In this document: one piece after another, positions 19,669-28,848 of the stretch
Position numbering within the stretch: the stretch's first letter is position 1
How the letters are laid out: each line of letters opens with the position of its first letter
From: Candidatus Omnitrophota bacterium
GTDB taxonomy: Bacteria > Omnitrophota > Gorgyraeia > Tantalellales > Tantalellaceae
Reading direction: 5' to 3'
Assembly: GCA_035403965.1 (NCBI GenBank)
Contig: DAONGE010000005.1
Span: 11,009-75,008 of the forward strand
Length of the DNA: 64,000 nt
Notes under the pieces: model-generated
The model's input: only the letters and a program-made list of their open reading frames with translations
The model's database searches: none
What the model was told of the DNA's origin: nothing
Program-made: the position numbers and the translations under genes

Positions 19669-19692
19669 AAAATCAAAAAGGTTGTTAATTTT

Positions 19693-20715
19693 ATGGATCT
19701 GTCAGACAAGCTTGATGAGTTGAAAACAAAATTCGATGAAGCCGTATCGAAATGTTCTTCTCTGCGCGAGCTTGCGGATTTGCGCGTTATTTATCTTGGT
19801 CGGAAGGGTGAGTTGACGCAGATATTGAGAGGGCTTGCTGGTCTTTCTCCGGAGGAAAAAAGGAATGTAGGACAGAAAGCCAATACTATAAAGATAGATT
19901 TCGAACAAGGGCTTAATGCTCTTGCTGAAAAGATAGAGAACGCTGAGACTGTCGGGAAGGCCAAAAAATTCGATGTAACAGTTCCGGGAATAGAACCCCA
20001 TGCCGGTACTGTGCATCCGATCACAAAGACGATGAATCGTATGTCTGAGATATTTGTTTCACTCGGGTTCAGGATAGCCGATGGGCCGGAAATAGAAAAT
20101 GAATTTTATAATTTTGAGGCGCTTAATATCCCCCTTGAGCATCCTGCGCGAGACGGGTTCGATACATTTTACATAAAAGGAAAATATCTGTTACGCAGCC
20201 ATACGTCAAACGTCCAGATACATGTAATGCAGACACAGAAACCGCCGGTACAGGTGATTATGCCCGGCAGAGTATACAGGCCCGATGCCGTTGATGCGTC
20301 CCATTCGTTTATGTTTCATCAGGTGGAAGGATTGATGGTCGGGAAAAAGGTCTCGTTCGCCGATCTTAAAGGCGTGCTTTTGGCGTTTTGCCAAAGCATG
20401 TTCGGTCCGGATATAAAAATACGGTTACGTCCGAATTACTTTCCGTTTACTGAACCGAGCGCTGAAGTTGATATTTCCTGCATAATCTGTAAGGGTAAAG
20501 GGTGCAGACTTTGTTCGGGTAACGGGTGGCTTGAGATTCTTGGTGCGGGGATGGTGAATCCCAAAGTGTTTGAGGCCGTTGGTTATGATCCCGAAGAGTA
20601 TACGGGATTCGCGTTTGGGATGGGTGTGGAGAGAATAACTTTGTTGCTTTACGGCATAGACGATATCCGTCTTTTTTACGAGAACGATATTCGTTTTCTG
20701 AAACAATTTAGGTAA
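19693..20715 (+). CDS. pheS: phenylalanyl-tRNA synthetase alpha subunit
   Basis: Class II motifs (…FPFTEPSAEVD…GAGMVNP…). Start at ATG 19693, downstream of the terminator hairpin. The tracked start at 19624 overlaps the hairpin. Confidence 0.9.
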   Translation: MDLSDKLDELKTKFDEAVSKCSSLRELADLRVIYLGRKGELTQILRGLAGLSPEEKRNVGQKANTIKIDFEQGLNALAEKIENAETVGKAKKFDVTVPGIEPHAGTVHPITKTMNRMSEIFVSLGFRIADGPEIENEFYNFEALNIPLEHPARDGFDTFYIKGKYLLRSHTSNVQIHVMQTQKPPVQVIMPGRVYRPDAVDASHSFMFHQVEGLMVGKKVSFADLKGVLLAFCQSMFGPDIKIRLRPNYFPFTEPSAEVDISCIICKGKGCRLCSGNGWLEILGAGMVNPKVFEAVGYDPEEYTGFAFGMGVERITLLLYGIDDIRLFYENDIRFLKQFR

Positions 20716-20723
20716 GACCAATT

Positions 20724-22769
20724 ATGAAACTAAGTTACAACTGGCTTAAAGATTATGTGAACGTGAAGGCAAGTCCCGAAGAACTTGCCCGGATCCTTAC
20801 TATGTCAGGTTCGAAGGTTGAAGGCATAGCAAAAGTTGGGGATGATCACGTTCTTGAACTTGAGATCACGGCCAATAGACCAGATTGTCTTAATATCATC
20901 GGCCTGGCGCGTGAACTTTCGGCTGTTTTGGGAGAAGAGCTCAAACTTCCGGAACAGAATATCGGGAAGAGCATGCCGGATGATAAAAACAGCGTGAGAA
21001 TAGAATGTATTGTCGAAGCCCCGGAACTTTGTCCGCAGTATACTGCCCGCATTATTACGGGTGTTAAGGTCAAAAAGTCTTCCGCGAAAATAGCCGCCCG
21101 CATAATGGCCCTCGGGATGCGTGAAATTAATAACGTTGCTGATATTACGAATTATTGTCTGCATGAACTTGGACAGCCTATGCACGCTTTTGATCTGGAT
21201 AAGATAAAAGGCGGGAAAATAATCGTTCGTGAGGCCAGAGACGGTGAAAAGATCGTGACGATAGACGGTGTGGAGCGCGAACTGAAAAAAGGAATGCTCG
21301 TGATAGCCGACGTCGAAAGACCTGTGGCGATCGCCGGAATAATGGGCGGAATAGATACCGAGGTTTCAGAAAAAACGAAGAATGTGCTGCTGGAAAGCGC
21401 GTATTTCAATCTGCTTTCCATACGGCGCACAGGGCGAAAACTAGTGCTTTCCACGGACGCGAGCTATCGATATGAACGCGGAGTGGATAGAGGCATGATT
21501 ATCCCGGCATCGGAGAGAGCGGCCGCTATGATAATGGGAGAAGCCGGGGGGAATGTCGGCGGATTTTATAATGTGGGGGATTGCCGGTCGAAAAAGATGA
21601 GTATAGATTTCGATCCGAATAAAATAAATACCACCTTAGGGATAGATATCGATAAGAAGGAAGTGAAGGGGATACTTGTTCGTTTAGGTATGGAAGTATC
21701 GGATAAAACTGACGGAAGATTCACCGTTGGAGTTCCGTCCTTCAGAGAAGATATCAAGCTTCGCGTGGATCTTATGGAAGAGATCGCTAGGATATACGGG
21801 TATGAGAATATTCCGGCCAGGATCCCTGAAATATCGCCAGCCGTTATCAGAAAAGAAAAACCGAGGCAGGTAAAAGAAAAAATAACTGAGGTTCTTGTCT
21901 CTTTGGGGATGAACGAGATCATGACATATAGTCTCGTGAATGAATCTGTCGTGAAAAGATTCGCTGCGATATCGGTTTCGCCGGTCACTTTGATGAACCC
22001 GCTTTCCGAGGATCAGCGCGTGATGACCCCTCATTTGCTGGATGGGATGTTGAAGTCGATCTCTTGGAACATTAACCGTGGGACTTGTGATCTGAGGTTT
22101 TTTGAAATAGGGAAAAAATATTCAGTTATAGAGGATGCGCGTCAGTATAGAGAAATACCGGCGTTGTGTGTGGGGTTCACGGGGTTTATCCGTAACAACT
22201 GGGCGGAGGGTAAGAGGGCCGTGACATTTTTTGATGTTAAAGGCGTGATAGAAGCGTTGTTCGCCAGCCTCAGGCTCGTCCCGAAGTTCAAGCAGTCCTT
22301 AGTGGAAGGTATTTTGGCTCCGTCGGCTGTTATAAGCGTTGACGGTGAAGATGTGGGTTTTATAGGAGAGGTTACAGGTAAGGTGCTTAAAGACTATGGG
22401 GTCGAGCAGCCGGTTTTCGTGTCTGAGATAAAGCTGGACCGGCTCTACGAAAAAGCCTCGCTTATGGATATGTATAAGGCGCTTTCAAAATTTCCTTTTT
22501 CGTCGCGCGATATGTCTATTTTATGCGATAAAACTGTTACGGCCGCAGATATGTATGATGTTATTTTGGTCGCCGGGACAGAGCTTGTGAAAGATATTCG
22601 GCTTGTTGATGTCTATGAAGGGGATAAAATCCCTTCCGGCAAAAAAAGTCTTACGTACAGTGTGACATATGGACTCGATAACCGTACTTTAAACGATGCG
22701 GAAGTTGAGAGCATGCATGCCAGAATTAAATCTGCGTTATCCGAAAAGCTCGGCGTAACGTTCCGATGA
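20724..22769 (+). CDS. pheT: phenylalanyl-tRNA synthetase beta subunit (short form, 681 aa)
   Basis: MKLSYNWLKDYV N-terminus, B3/4 and B5 domains, C-terminal FDX-ACB-like domain. Lacks the roughly 100-aa N-terminal tRNA-binding domain of the 795-aa forms. Confidence 0.9.
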   Translation: MKLSYNWLKDYVNVKASPEELARILTMSGSKVEGIAKVGDDHVLELEITANRPDCLNIIGLARELSAVLGEELKLPEQNIGKSMPDDKNSVRIECIVEAPELCPQYTARIITGVKVKKSSAKIAARIMALGMREINNVADITNYCLHELGQPMHAFDLDKIKGGKIIVREARDGEKIVTIDGVERELKKGMLVIADVERPVAIAGIMGGIDTEVSEKTKNVLLESAYFNLLSIRRTGRKLVLSTDASYRYERGVDRGMIIPASERAAAMIMGEAGGNVGGFYNVGDCRSKKMSIDFDPNKINTTLGIDIDKKEVKGILVRLGMEVSDKTDGRFTVGVPSFREDIKLRVDLMEEIARIYGYENIPARIPEISPAVIRKEKPRQVKEKITEVLVSLGMNEIMTYSLVNESVVKRFAAISVSPVTLMNPLSEDQRVMTPHLLDGMLKSISWNINRGTCDLRFFEIGKKYSVIEDARQYREIPALCVGFTGFIRNNWAEGKRAVTFFDVKGVIEALFASLRLVPKFKQSLVEGILAPSAVISVDGEDVGFIGEVTGKVLKDYGVEQPVFVSEIKLDRLYEKASLMDMYKALSKFPFSSRDMSILCDKTVTAADMYDVILVAGTELVKDIRLVDVYEGDKIPSGKKSLTYSVTYGLDNRTLNDAEVESMHARIKSALSEKLGVTFR

Positions 22770-22791
22770 GCTTTTCCGTATCCCCTTAATC

Positions 22792-22820
22792 TTGCGATAT
22801 ATTGTCCGTGATGTTATAAT
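22792..22820 (+). promoter_or_regulatory. sigma70-type promoter TTGCGA-N17-TATAAT
   Basis: TTGCGA at 22792-22797, 17-nt spacer, TATAAT at 22815-22820, located 23 nt after the pheT stop. Confidence 0.55.
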
Positions 22821-22826
22821 TAAGTT

Positions 22827-23024
22827 AGTTGTTCTTTTCCTGTCTGGTTCGTGCTGATGGTGCGAGATTTTGGCCAACACTATAAAGATGGGAGCCTAAC
22901 TTTGGCCTTCCTTAGGGATCGTCAAGAGGGCACCCACATGGTCTTTCGGGACCAAAAATCTTACACCGCCGCGGCCAGATGGGTCTTTTTAGGGGCCGGC
23001 CGAATGTCCGGCCCCTTATTGTCT
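22827..23024 (+). ncRNA. candidate roughly 200-nt non-coding RNA (identity unresolved, 6S-like or SRP-like long hairpin)
   Basis: ORF-free unit bracketed by the promoter above and a strong intrinsic terminator (GGGGCCGG-CCGAATGT-CCGGCCCC + TTATTGTC, 22993-23032). Interior folds into one long imperfect hairpin (22846-22984), including GGTGCGAGATTTTGGCC paired with GGACCAAAAATCTTACACC. Confidence 0.45.
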
Positions 23025-23047
23025 TAAAATGATTTTGAGGGATAAAT

Positions 23048-24358
23048 ATGGATCTGTTTGAAAAAGAAAAAAATAAAGCGATCGCCGAACCGTTGTCGAT
23101 GCGGATGCGGCCGTCAGTTCTTGAGGAGTTCGAGGGACAAGGACATATTCTCGGTGAAGGAAAACTCTTACGGCGTGCGATAGAGGCCGATCGCATAAGT
23201 TCGCTTATTTTTTACGGCCCACCGGGTACGGGAAAAACCGCTCTCGCGGAGATAATTTCTAAAAAGACAGGTTCCCGTTTTTTTAAAACCAACGCCGTTT
23301 ACAGTAATGTGAAAGAGATCCGTGAGATCATAGATCTGGCCAAAAGAAACAGCGATATGAAAGGCCAAAAGTCTATACTTCTTCTTGATGAAATACATCG
23401 TTTTAATAAAGCCCAGCAGGATGTCCTTATGCCGTCGGTTGAACAGGGGTTTATTATTTTGATCGGGACTACGACCGAAAACCCTTTCTTTTCCGTGAAC
23501 GCGGCGTTGATATCCAGAAGCCAGATATTCGAATTTAAATCTTTAGATGAAAAGAATATTCAGAACATACTTTATCGTGCGATCATGGATAAAGATCGTG
23601 GATATGGCAGTCTTAGGCTTAAAGTTGATGCCGAGGCCGTACAGCATCTTGCGAGAATTTCCGGCGGGGACGCGCGAAAGTCTCTGAATGCTCTGGAATT
23701 GGCCGTTCTTACGACGAAACCTGGCAACGATGGATTTGTATGTGTTGGACTTACGGAAGCGGAAGAATCCATTCAGCGTAAGGCCGTAATCTACGATAAA
23801 AAAGGCGACGGGCATTATGACACGATCAGCGCTTATATAAAAAGTATGCGTGGATCCGATCCGGACGCCGCGCTTTATTGGCTGGCTAAAATGATAGTGG
23901 CGGGAGAGGATCCCAGGTTCATAGCGAGAAGGCTTGTTATCTGCGCTTCAGAGGATGTGGGTAATGCCGATCCCTGGGCGCTTGTTATCGCCAACGCCGC
24001 GATGCAGACCGCTGATTTCGTAGGATTCCCGGAAGCAAGGATACCTTTAGCGCAGGCGACTATTTATGTCGCGTGTGCCCCTAAAAGTAACGCGGCATAT
24101 ATGGCTATAGATAGCGCGATACAGGACGTGAACAACGAAGCGACACGCGAAGTTCCGGATGACCTTAAAGGAACCGGCTATTCCGGCGCGGAAAAACTCG
24201 GGCATGGGAAAGGTTATAAATACGCCCATGATTACGAGGATCATTATGTCGAACAGGAGTATATGCCGAACAAAAAGAAATACTATGTTCCGACGAATAT
24301 GGGATATGAGAAGAAAATTAAAGAGTGGTTAAGCCAGCTGAACAAAGAGGGTATGTGA
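23048..24358 (+). CDS. rarA: replication-associated recombination protein A (AAA+ ATPase)
   Basis: Walker A GPPGTGKT. MgsA/RarA-specific C-terminal region (…[34 protein letters not shown]…). Confidence 0.9.
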   Translation: MDLFEKEKNKAIAEPLSMRMRPSVLEEFEGQGHILGEGKLLRRAIEADRISSLIFYGPPGTGKTALAEIISKKTGSRFFKTNAVYSNVKEIREIIDLAKRNSDMKGQKSILLLDEIHRFNKAQQDVLMPSVEQGFIILIGTTTENPFFSVNAALISRSQIFEFKSLDEKNIQNILYRAIMDKDRGYGSLRLKVDAEAVQHLARISGGDARKSLNALELAVLTTKPGNDGFVCVGLTEAEESIQRKAVIYDKKGDGHYDTISAYIKSMRGSDPDAALYWLAKMIVAGEDPRFIARRLVICASEDVGNADPWALVIANAAMQTADFVGFPEARIPLAQATIYVACAPKSNAAYMAIDSAIQDVNNEATREVPDDLKGTGYSGAEKLGHGKGYKYAHDYEDHYVEQEYMPNKKKYYVPTNMGYEKKIKEWLSQLNKEGM

Positions 24359-25365
24359 GAAAATATAAAGCCGTAGCCCTTATCTCCGGAGGGCTTGATA
24401 GTCTTCTTGCCGCGAGGGTTGTTCAAGACGAAGGGATAGAGATCCTGTCGGTATGTTTTTTAATGTCGTTCGCGTCCAAGGACATACGGACGTTTTGTGG
24501 GAATGTCCTTGAAAGCGCCGTGGCGGCGTCTCTCCCGGAAGTGCGTATGGTGGATATCGGTGAGGATTTTCTTAAAGTCCTCAGCTCCCCGAAACACGGG
24601 TACGGTTCTCAGATAAATCCATGTATCGATTGTAAGATCCTTATGCTGAAAAAAGCACGTGAGATAATGCTTGCCGAAAAAGCTGATTTTATAGTAACGG
24701 GCGAAGTTCTTGAGGAAAGGCCTATGTCGCAGAGACGTGACGCGCTTTTGATGATACAGAAAGAATCTGGTGTTGGGGACAGACTTCTTCGTCCGCTTTC
24801 CGCGCAGCTTTTGGATGAGACTTTAGCGGAGAAAGAAGGAATGATAAGTCGGAGCCGGCTTTTGAGTATTCACGGACGTTCACGGAATGCTCAATTCGCC
24901 TTGGCGGATAAATTGGGGATAACTAGATATTTTAAGCCGGCCGGGGGATGTCTTCTGACCGATCCGTGTTTTTCCATGCGTATACGTGATCTTCTGAAAA
25001 ATGAAAAACTTTTAATGGAGGATGTTGAGCTGTTAAGATACGGTCGTCATTTCAGACTGGACGAAAAAACGAAAGCCGTGGTGGGAAGGGATGACGGCGA
25101 GAATACGGCGCTATGTTCCATTCAGTCTAAAGATGACGTAATGTTAAGGTTGGCCAATGATGTGCCCGGACCGTATGTTCTTTTAAGAGGGGACATAAAA
25201 GATAATAATATTATAAAAGCCGCGCAATTATGCGTATTACACTCAAAAAGAAGAAAATCAGTTTCCGCGGATGTGGAATGGTGGGTAGGTGCCGGCGGGG
25301 AAAAAGAAGATGTGACTATTTCAATGGAAAATGTTAAACTGGACATCGAAAAGATGAGGATATAG
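24355..25365 (+). CDS. PP-loop family ATP pyrophosphatase (tRNA thiolation/ThiI-like)
   Basis: SGGLDS PP-loop, NPCIDCK motif and GEVLEERPMSQ motif. Probable GTG start at 24355 overlapping the rarA stop. Followed by an Nfu-like gene. Confidence 0.55.
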   Translation: MRKYKAVALISGGLDSLLAARVVQDEGIEILSVCFLMSFASKDIRTFCGNVLESAVAASLPEVRMVDIGEDFLKVLSSPKHGYGSQINPCIDCKILMLKKAREIMLAEKADFIVTGEVLEERPMSQRRDALLMIQKESGVGDRLLRPLSAQLLDETLAEKEGMISRSRLLSIHGRSRNAQFALADKLGITRYFKPAGGCLLTDPCFSMRIRDLLKNEKLLMEDVELLRYGRHFRLDEKTKAVVGRDDGENTALCSIQSKDDVMLRLANDVPGPYVLLRGDIKDNNIIKAAQLCVLHSKRRKSVSADVEWWVGAGGEKEDVTISMENVKLDIEKMRI

Positions 25366-25407
25366 GCTGGTTTTTAGTAAACAACGATCAAATTTTAAGG
25401 AGGAGCA

Positions 25408-25632
25408 ATGGAAGAGAAAGTCAAAACCGTGATAAGGGAAAAGATCCGTCCTATCTTACAGAGAGACGGCGGGGATATAGAGTTTTTAGGCGTTAAAGAT
25501 GGGATGGCGCAGGTCAGACTTCGTGGGGCCTGTGGGTGCTGTCCTATGAGCCAAATGACGCTTAAGGCCGTAGTTGAGCGTATAGTCAAAGAAGACGTTC
25601 CCGGGATCAAGGGTGTGGAAACCGTAAGTTAA
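25408..25632 (+). CDS. NifU-like Fe-S cluster carrier domain protein (Nfu)
   Basis: CGCCPMSQMTL motif of the NifU C-terminal domain, 74 aa. RBS AGGAGG. Confidence 0.8.
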   Translation: MEEKVKTVIREKIRPILQRDGGDIEFLGVKDGMAQVRLRGACGCCPMSQMTLKAVVERIVKEDVPGIKGVETVS

Positions 25633-25727
25633 TGTCTTTGGGCTGTGGATAAGTATTTAAAAAAGAGTATATAAAGTAGGGTAAGCCAAATTATATTTGT
25701 TAAGGATATACAATTCGGGTATAATAT

Positions 25728-26300
25728 ATGCGGTTCGAAAACATCAGGGTTTTGAAAGATGCAGTTAGAAAGGAGATACTGAAGAGGTTACGGGAGCAGG
25801 ACCTTTCGTCAAGGAATGAGAGGAGCCGTATTATTCAGGAAAAACTGCTTTCCAGCCCGGTGTTTGTATCTAGCAATACGATAATGACTTACGTGTCGTT
25901 GCCGCAAGAGGTTGACACATGTGGGATAAATAGAGCGGCGTTGGAAGCGGGTAAGCGGGTAGTAGTTCCATACATCGATGAGAAGAACGAAGTGATCATA
26001 GCGTCAGAGATAAAGTCGATGGATGAGCTGGTTAAAGGTCCTTATGGGATATATGTGCCTAAGGACGGGTTGAAAAAGAAGATACCATTGAAGGAGATAG
26101 ATTTGATAGTTGTTCCCGGTATAGCGTATGACAGATCGAATGGGCGTCTGGGACGCGGTAAGGGGTATTACGACAAATTCCTTTCAAACATGGAGTTGTC
26201 TTCTGCCAGGACAATAGGCCTGGCGTTCAGCTTTCAGCTTGTGGATAACCTGCCTGTAGATCAGAATGATCGTCCCGTTTCTCTTGTAATCACAGATTAG
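25728..26300 (+). CDS. 5-formyltetrahydrofolate cyclo-ligase
   Basis: …VVPGIAYDRSNGRLGRGKGYYDKFL… MTHFS signature, 190 aa. Confidence 0.85.
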   Translation: MRFENIRVLKDAVRKEILKRLREQDLSSRNERSRIIQEKLLSSPVFVSSNTIMTYVSLPQEVDTCGINRAALEAGKRVVVPYIDEKNEVIIASEIKSMDELVKGPYGIYVPKDGLKKKIPLKEIDLIVVPGIAYDRSNGRLGRGKGYYDKFLSNMELSSARTIGLAFSFQLVDNLPVDQNDRPVSLVITD

Positions 26301-26426
26301 TATTTTAATGCCGGATGGTTTGAACCAGCGGATATTTTGTCCGTGGGTTAAGTGGTTTTGATCGGGTTCGGCAAACGTTCAGGACATTCAATGTAGAATG
26401 CCCTGTTGAAAATAAAGGAGGTAAAA

Positions 26427-27995
26427 ATGGGAAATATAAGTATCGCTCACATTGGTCTGGCTTTTATCGGCGGATTATTTCTTTTTGTGCTTGGCTATGT
26501 ACTTCGTAAATACACTGCCAAGATGAAAATAAAGAAAGCTGAGGACAAGGCTAAGACCATCATTACGCAGTCTAAGATCGAAGCCGAAAAAAGGAAAAGG
26601 GAAGCGGCTCTGGAAGCTAAGGATCTGCTTCTTAAAATGAGGACGGAGTTTGAAGATGAATCCAAGGAAAGACGTAAAGAGCTTCTTGGCATGGAAAAAC
26701 GTCTTATGCAGAAAGAAGAGAACCTGGATAAAAAAGTGGAGTTGATCGAACAGAAAGAGAAGGATCTTAGAAGGGAAGAAGGGAACATCGTAAGAAAGAA
26801 AGAAGATGTGGACAGGCAGAAGACGGATCTTGACCGTCTGGTGCAAGAAGAAAAGGTCAAGCTTGAGCAGATCTCGGGCATAAGCAGGGATCAGGCGAAA
26901 GGCATGCTTGTAAAAAGTATGGAGGAAGAGGCCCGAACCGAAGCCGCGCTTACGATCAAGCGTATTCAAGAAGAAACGAAAGAGAAAGCCGACAAAGAAG
27001 CTCGTAAGATAGTGGGACTTGCGATACAAAAATGTGCTGTGGATCATACGGTAGATACAACGGTCAGTGTTGTGAATCTTCCCTCGGAAGAGATGAAAGG
27101 GAGAATTATAGGTCGTGAAGGACGTAATATTCGCGCTCTTGAAATGGCCACGGGGGTAGATATCATTATCGATGATACGCCGGAGGCTGTTATCATATCC
27201 GGGTTCGATAAATATCGCCGTGAAATAGCCAAACAGGCACTTGAAAGTTTGATAGAGGATGGAAGGATACATCCGGGGCGTATCGAGGAAGTTGTGGCGA
27301 AAGTGAAAAAAGAGATCGAGGCGTCGATCAAGGAAGAAGGGGAAAACACTCTTCTTGATCTTGGGATACACGGTGTTCATGCCGAGATAGTTAAACTTCT
27401 CGGGAAACTGAGATACCGTACAAGTTACGGGCAGAACGTTCTTCAGCATTCTAAGGAAGCGGCTATTTTAATGGGAGCCATGGCAGGAGAGCTCAGGCTT
27501 GATATAAAGATGGCGAAACGTATCGGGCTGCTGCACGATATCGGTAAAGCCGTTTCACATGAGATGGAAGGTACTCACGCGAAACTCGGCGCGGAACTGG
27601 CTAAAAAGTTCGGAGAACCGGAGATAGTGGTGCACGCGATAGAAGCCCATCACGGTGATGTTGAACCGAAGACACTTTTGGCCGTTCTTGTTCAGGCGGC
27701 AGACGCGATAAGTGCTAGCCGTCCGGGCGCGAGGAAAGAGACGATCGAGGCCTATATCCAGAGGCTTGAGAATCTCGAGAAGATCGCCAATTCATTCGAA
27801 GGGATCGAAAAGACTTACGCTATACAGGCCGGCCGTGAAATAAGAATAATGGTCAAGCCCGAGAAGATAGACGACGCAAGGGCTGCTGTTATGGCGCTTG
27901 AGATAAGAAAAAAGATAGAATCCGAATTGCAGTATCCCGGACAGATCAAGGTCATGGTTGTGCGGGAAACGCGTATTATAGAATATGCCAAATAG
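26427..27995 (+). CDS. rny: ribonuclease Y
   Basis: N-terminal TM helix, coiled-coil region, KH domain ([15 protein letters not shown]), HD domain (LLHDIGKA). RBS AAGGAGG before ATG 26427. Confidence 0.9.
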   Translation: MGNISIAHIGLAFIGGLFLFVLGYVLRKYTAKMKIKKAEDKAKTIITQSKIEAEKRKREAALEAKDLLLKMRTEFEDESKERRKELLGMEKRLMQKEENLDKKVELIEQKEKDLRREEGNIVRKKEDVDRQKTDLDRLVQEEKVKLEQISGISRDQAKGMLVKSMEEEARTEAALTIKRIQEETKEKADKEARKIVGLAIQKCAVDHTVDTTVSVVNLPSEEMKGRIIGREGRNIRALEMATGVDIIIDDTPEAVIISGFDKYRREIAKQALESLIEDGRIHPGRIEEVVAKVKKEIEASIKEEGENTLLDLGIHGVHAEIVKLLGKLRYRTSYGQNVLQHSKEAAILMGAMAGELRLDIKMAKRIGLLHDIGKAVSHEMEGTHAKLGAELAKKFGEPEIVVHAIEAHHGDVEPKTLLAVLVQAADAISASRPGARKETIEAYIQRLENLEKIANSFEGIEKTYAIQAGREIRIMVKPEKIDDARAAVMALEIRKKIESELQYPGQIKVMVVRETRIIEYAK

Positions 27996-28050
27996 CATGT
28001 GTGTGCCGGCGGAGTGCTCTTAACGGCACTTCGCCCCGCATGCCGGAGGT

Positions 28051-28848
28051 ATGACGGAATTTTTCATGAAGATATTATTTCTTGGTGACATAGTCGGAAG
28101 TCCCGGCCGGGACGTGATACATAATAAACTCGCCGCGTACAAAAAAGAGGAATCGATCGATTTTGTTATCGCCAATGGCGAGAACTCCGCCGGTGGAAGC
28201 GGGATTACGCCCGTTATAACCGAAGAACTTTTGTCATACGGGGTGGACGTTATAACATCGGGCGATCATATCTGGAAAAAGAAAGAGATATACGATGTTT
28301 TGAAAGTATCCAGACGCATCGTGCGGCCGCTTAATTATCCGAAGGGTGTTATAGGGAACGGTTATACGATAGTTGAATCCGCTAATGGAAAAAAAGTCGG
28401 TGTTATTAATCTCCTCGGCAGGGTATTCCTCGAGCCGATGGATTGTCCGTTCACCCGTGTAAAAGAAATCATTGAAGACGTAAAAAAAGAGACGCGCATA
28501 ATAATCGTGGATTTCCACGCTGAGGCGACCAGCGAAAAAGTAGCTATGGGATGGTTTCTTGACGGCCATGTCAGTGGGGTTTTTGGGACACATACGCATA
28601 TCCAGACCGCAGATGAGAAGATCTTGCCTAACGGTACGGCTTATCTCACGGATGCAGGAATGACCGGGCCGTATGATTCTGTGATAGGGCGACAGAAAGA
28701 ACAGATCATAGAAATGTTCCTTACGCAACTTCCTGTTCGTTTTGAAATGGCGTCGAGAGAAGTCGAGATGCACGGTGTGCTTGTGGAAGTGAATAATGAC
28801 ACCGGCCGTGCGAAGAATATAAAACGTGTTCAGATAAAAAATGACTGA
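28051..28848 (+). CDS. ymdB: YmdB-like 2',3'-cyclic-nucleotide 2'-phosphodiesterase (TIGR00282 metallophosphoesterase)
   Basis: KILFLGDIVGSPGR…ANGENSAGGSGIT… Adjacent to rny as in Bacillus. Confidence 0.8.
   Translation: MTEFFMKILFLGDIVGSPGRDVIHNKLAAYKKEESIDFVIANGENSAGGSGITPVITEELLSYGVDVITSGDHIWKKKEIYDVLKVSRRIVRPLNYPKGVIGNGYTIVESANGKKVGVINLLGRVFLEPMDCPFTRVKEIIEDVKKETRIIIVDFHAEATSEKVAMGWFLDGHVSGVFGTHTHIQTADEKILPNGTAYLTDAGMTGPYDSVIGRQKEQIIEMFLTQLPVRFEMASREVEMHGVLVEVNNDTGRAKNIKRVQIKND

Noticed and set aside
19624-19692. Upstream extension of pheS to ATG 19624
   Set aside because: The extension would be translated through the GC terminator hairpin and adds MLKGPANDPGLFRYLKIKKVVNF, which is not PheS-like. 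PheS similarity begins at ATG 19693.
22859-22967. Confident assignment of the pheT-rarA element as SRP (4.5S) RNA
   Set aside because: The SRP-like apex motif is only seen on the strand opposite to the promoter and terminator. It lacks the GNRA tetraloop and the AGCAGCC consensus. Kept as an unresolved candidate ncRNA.
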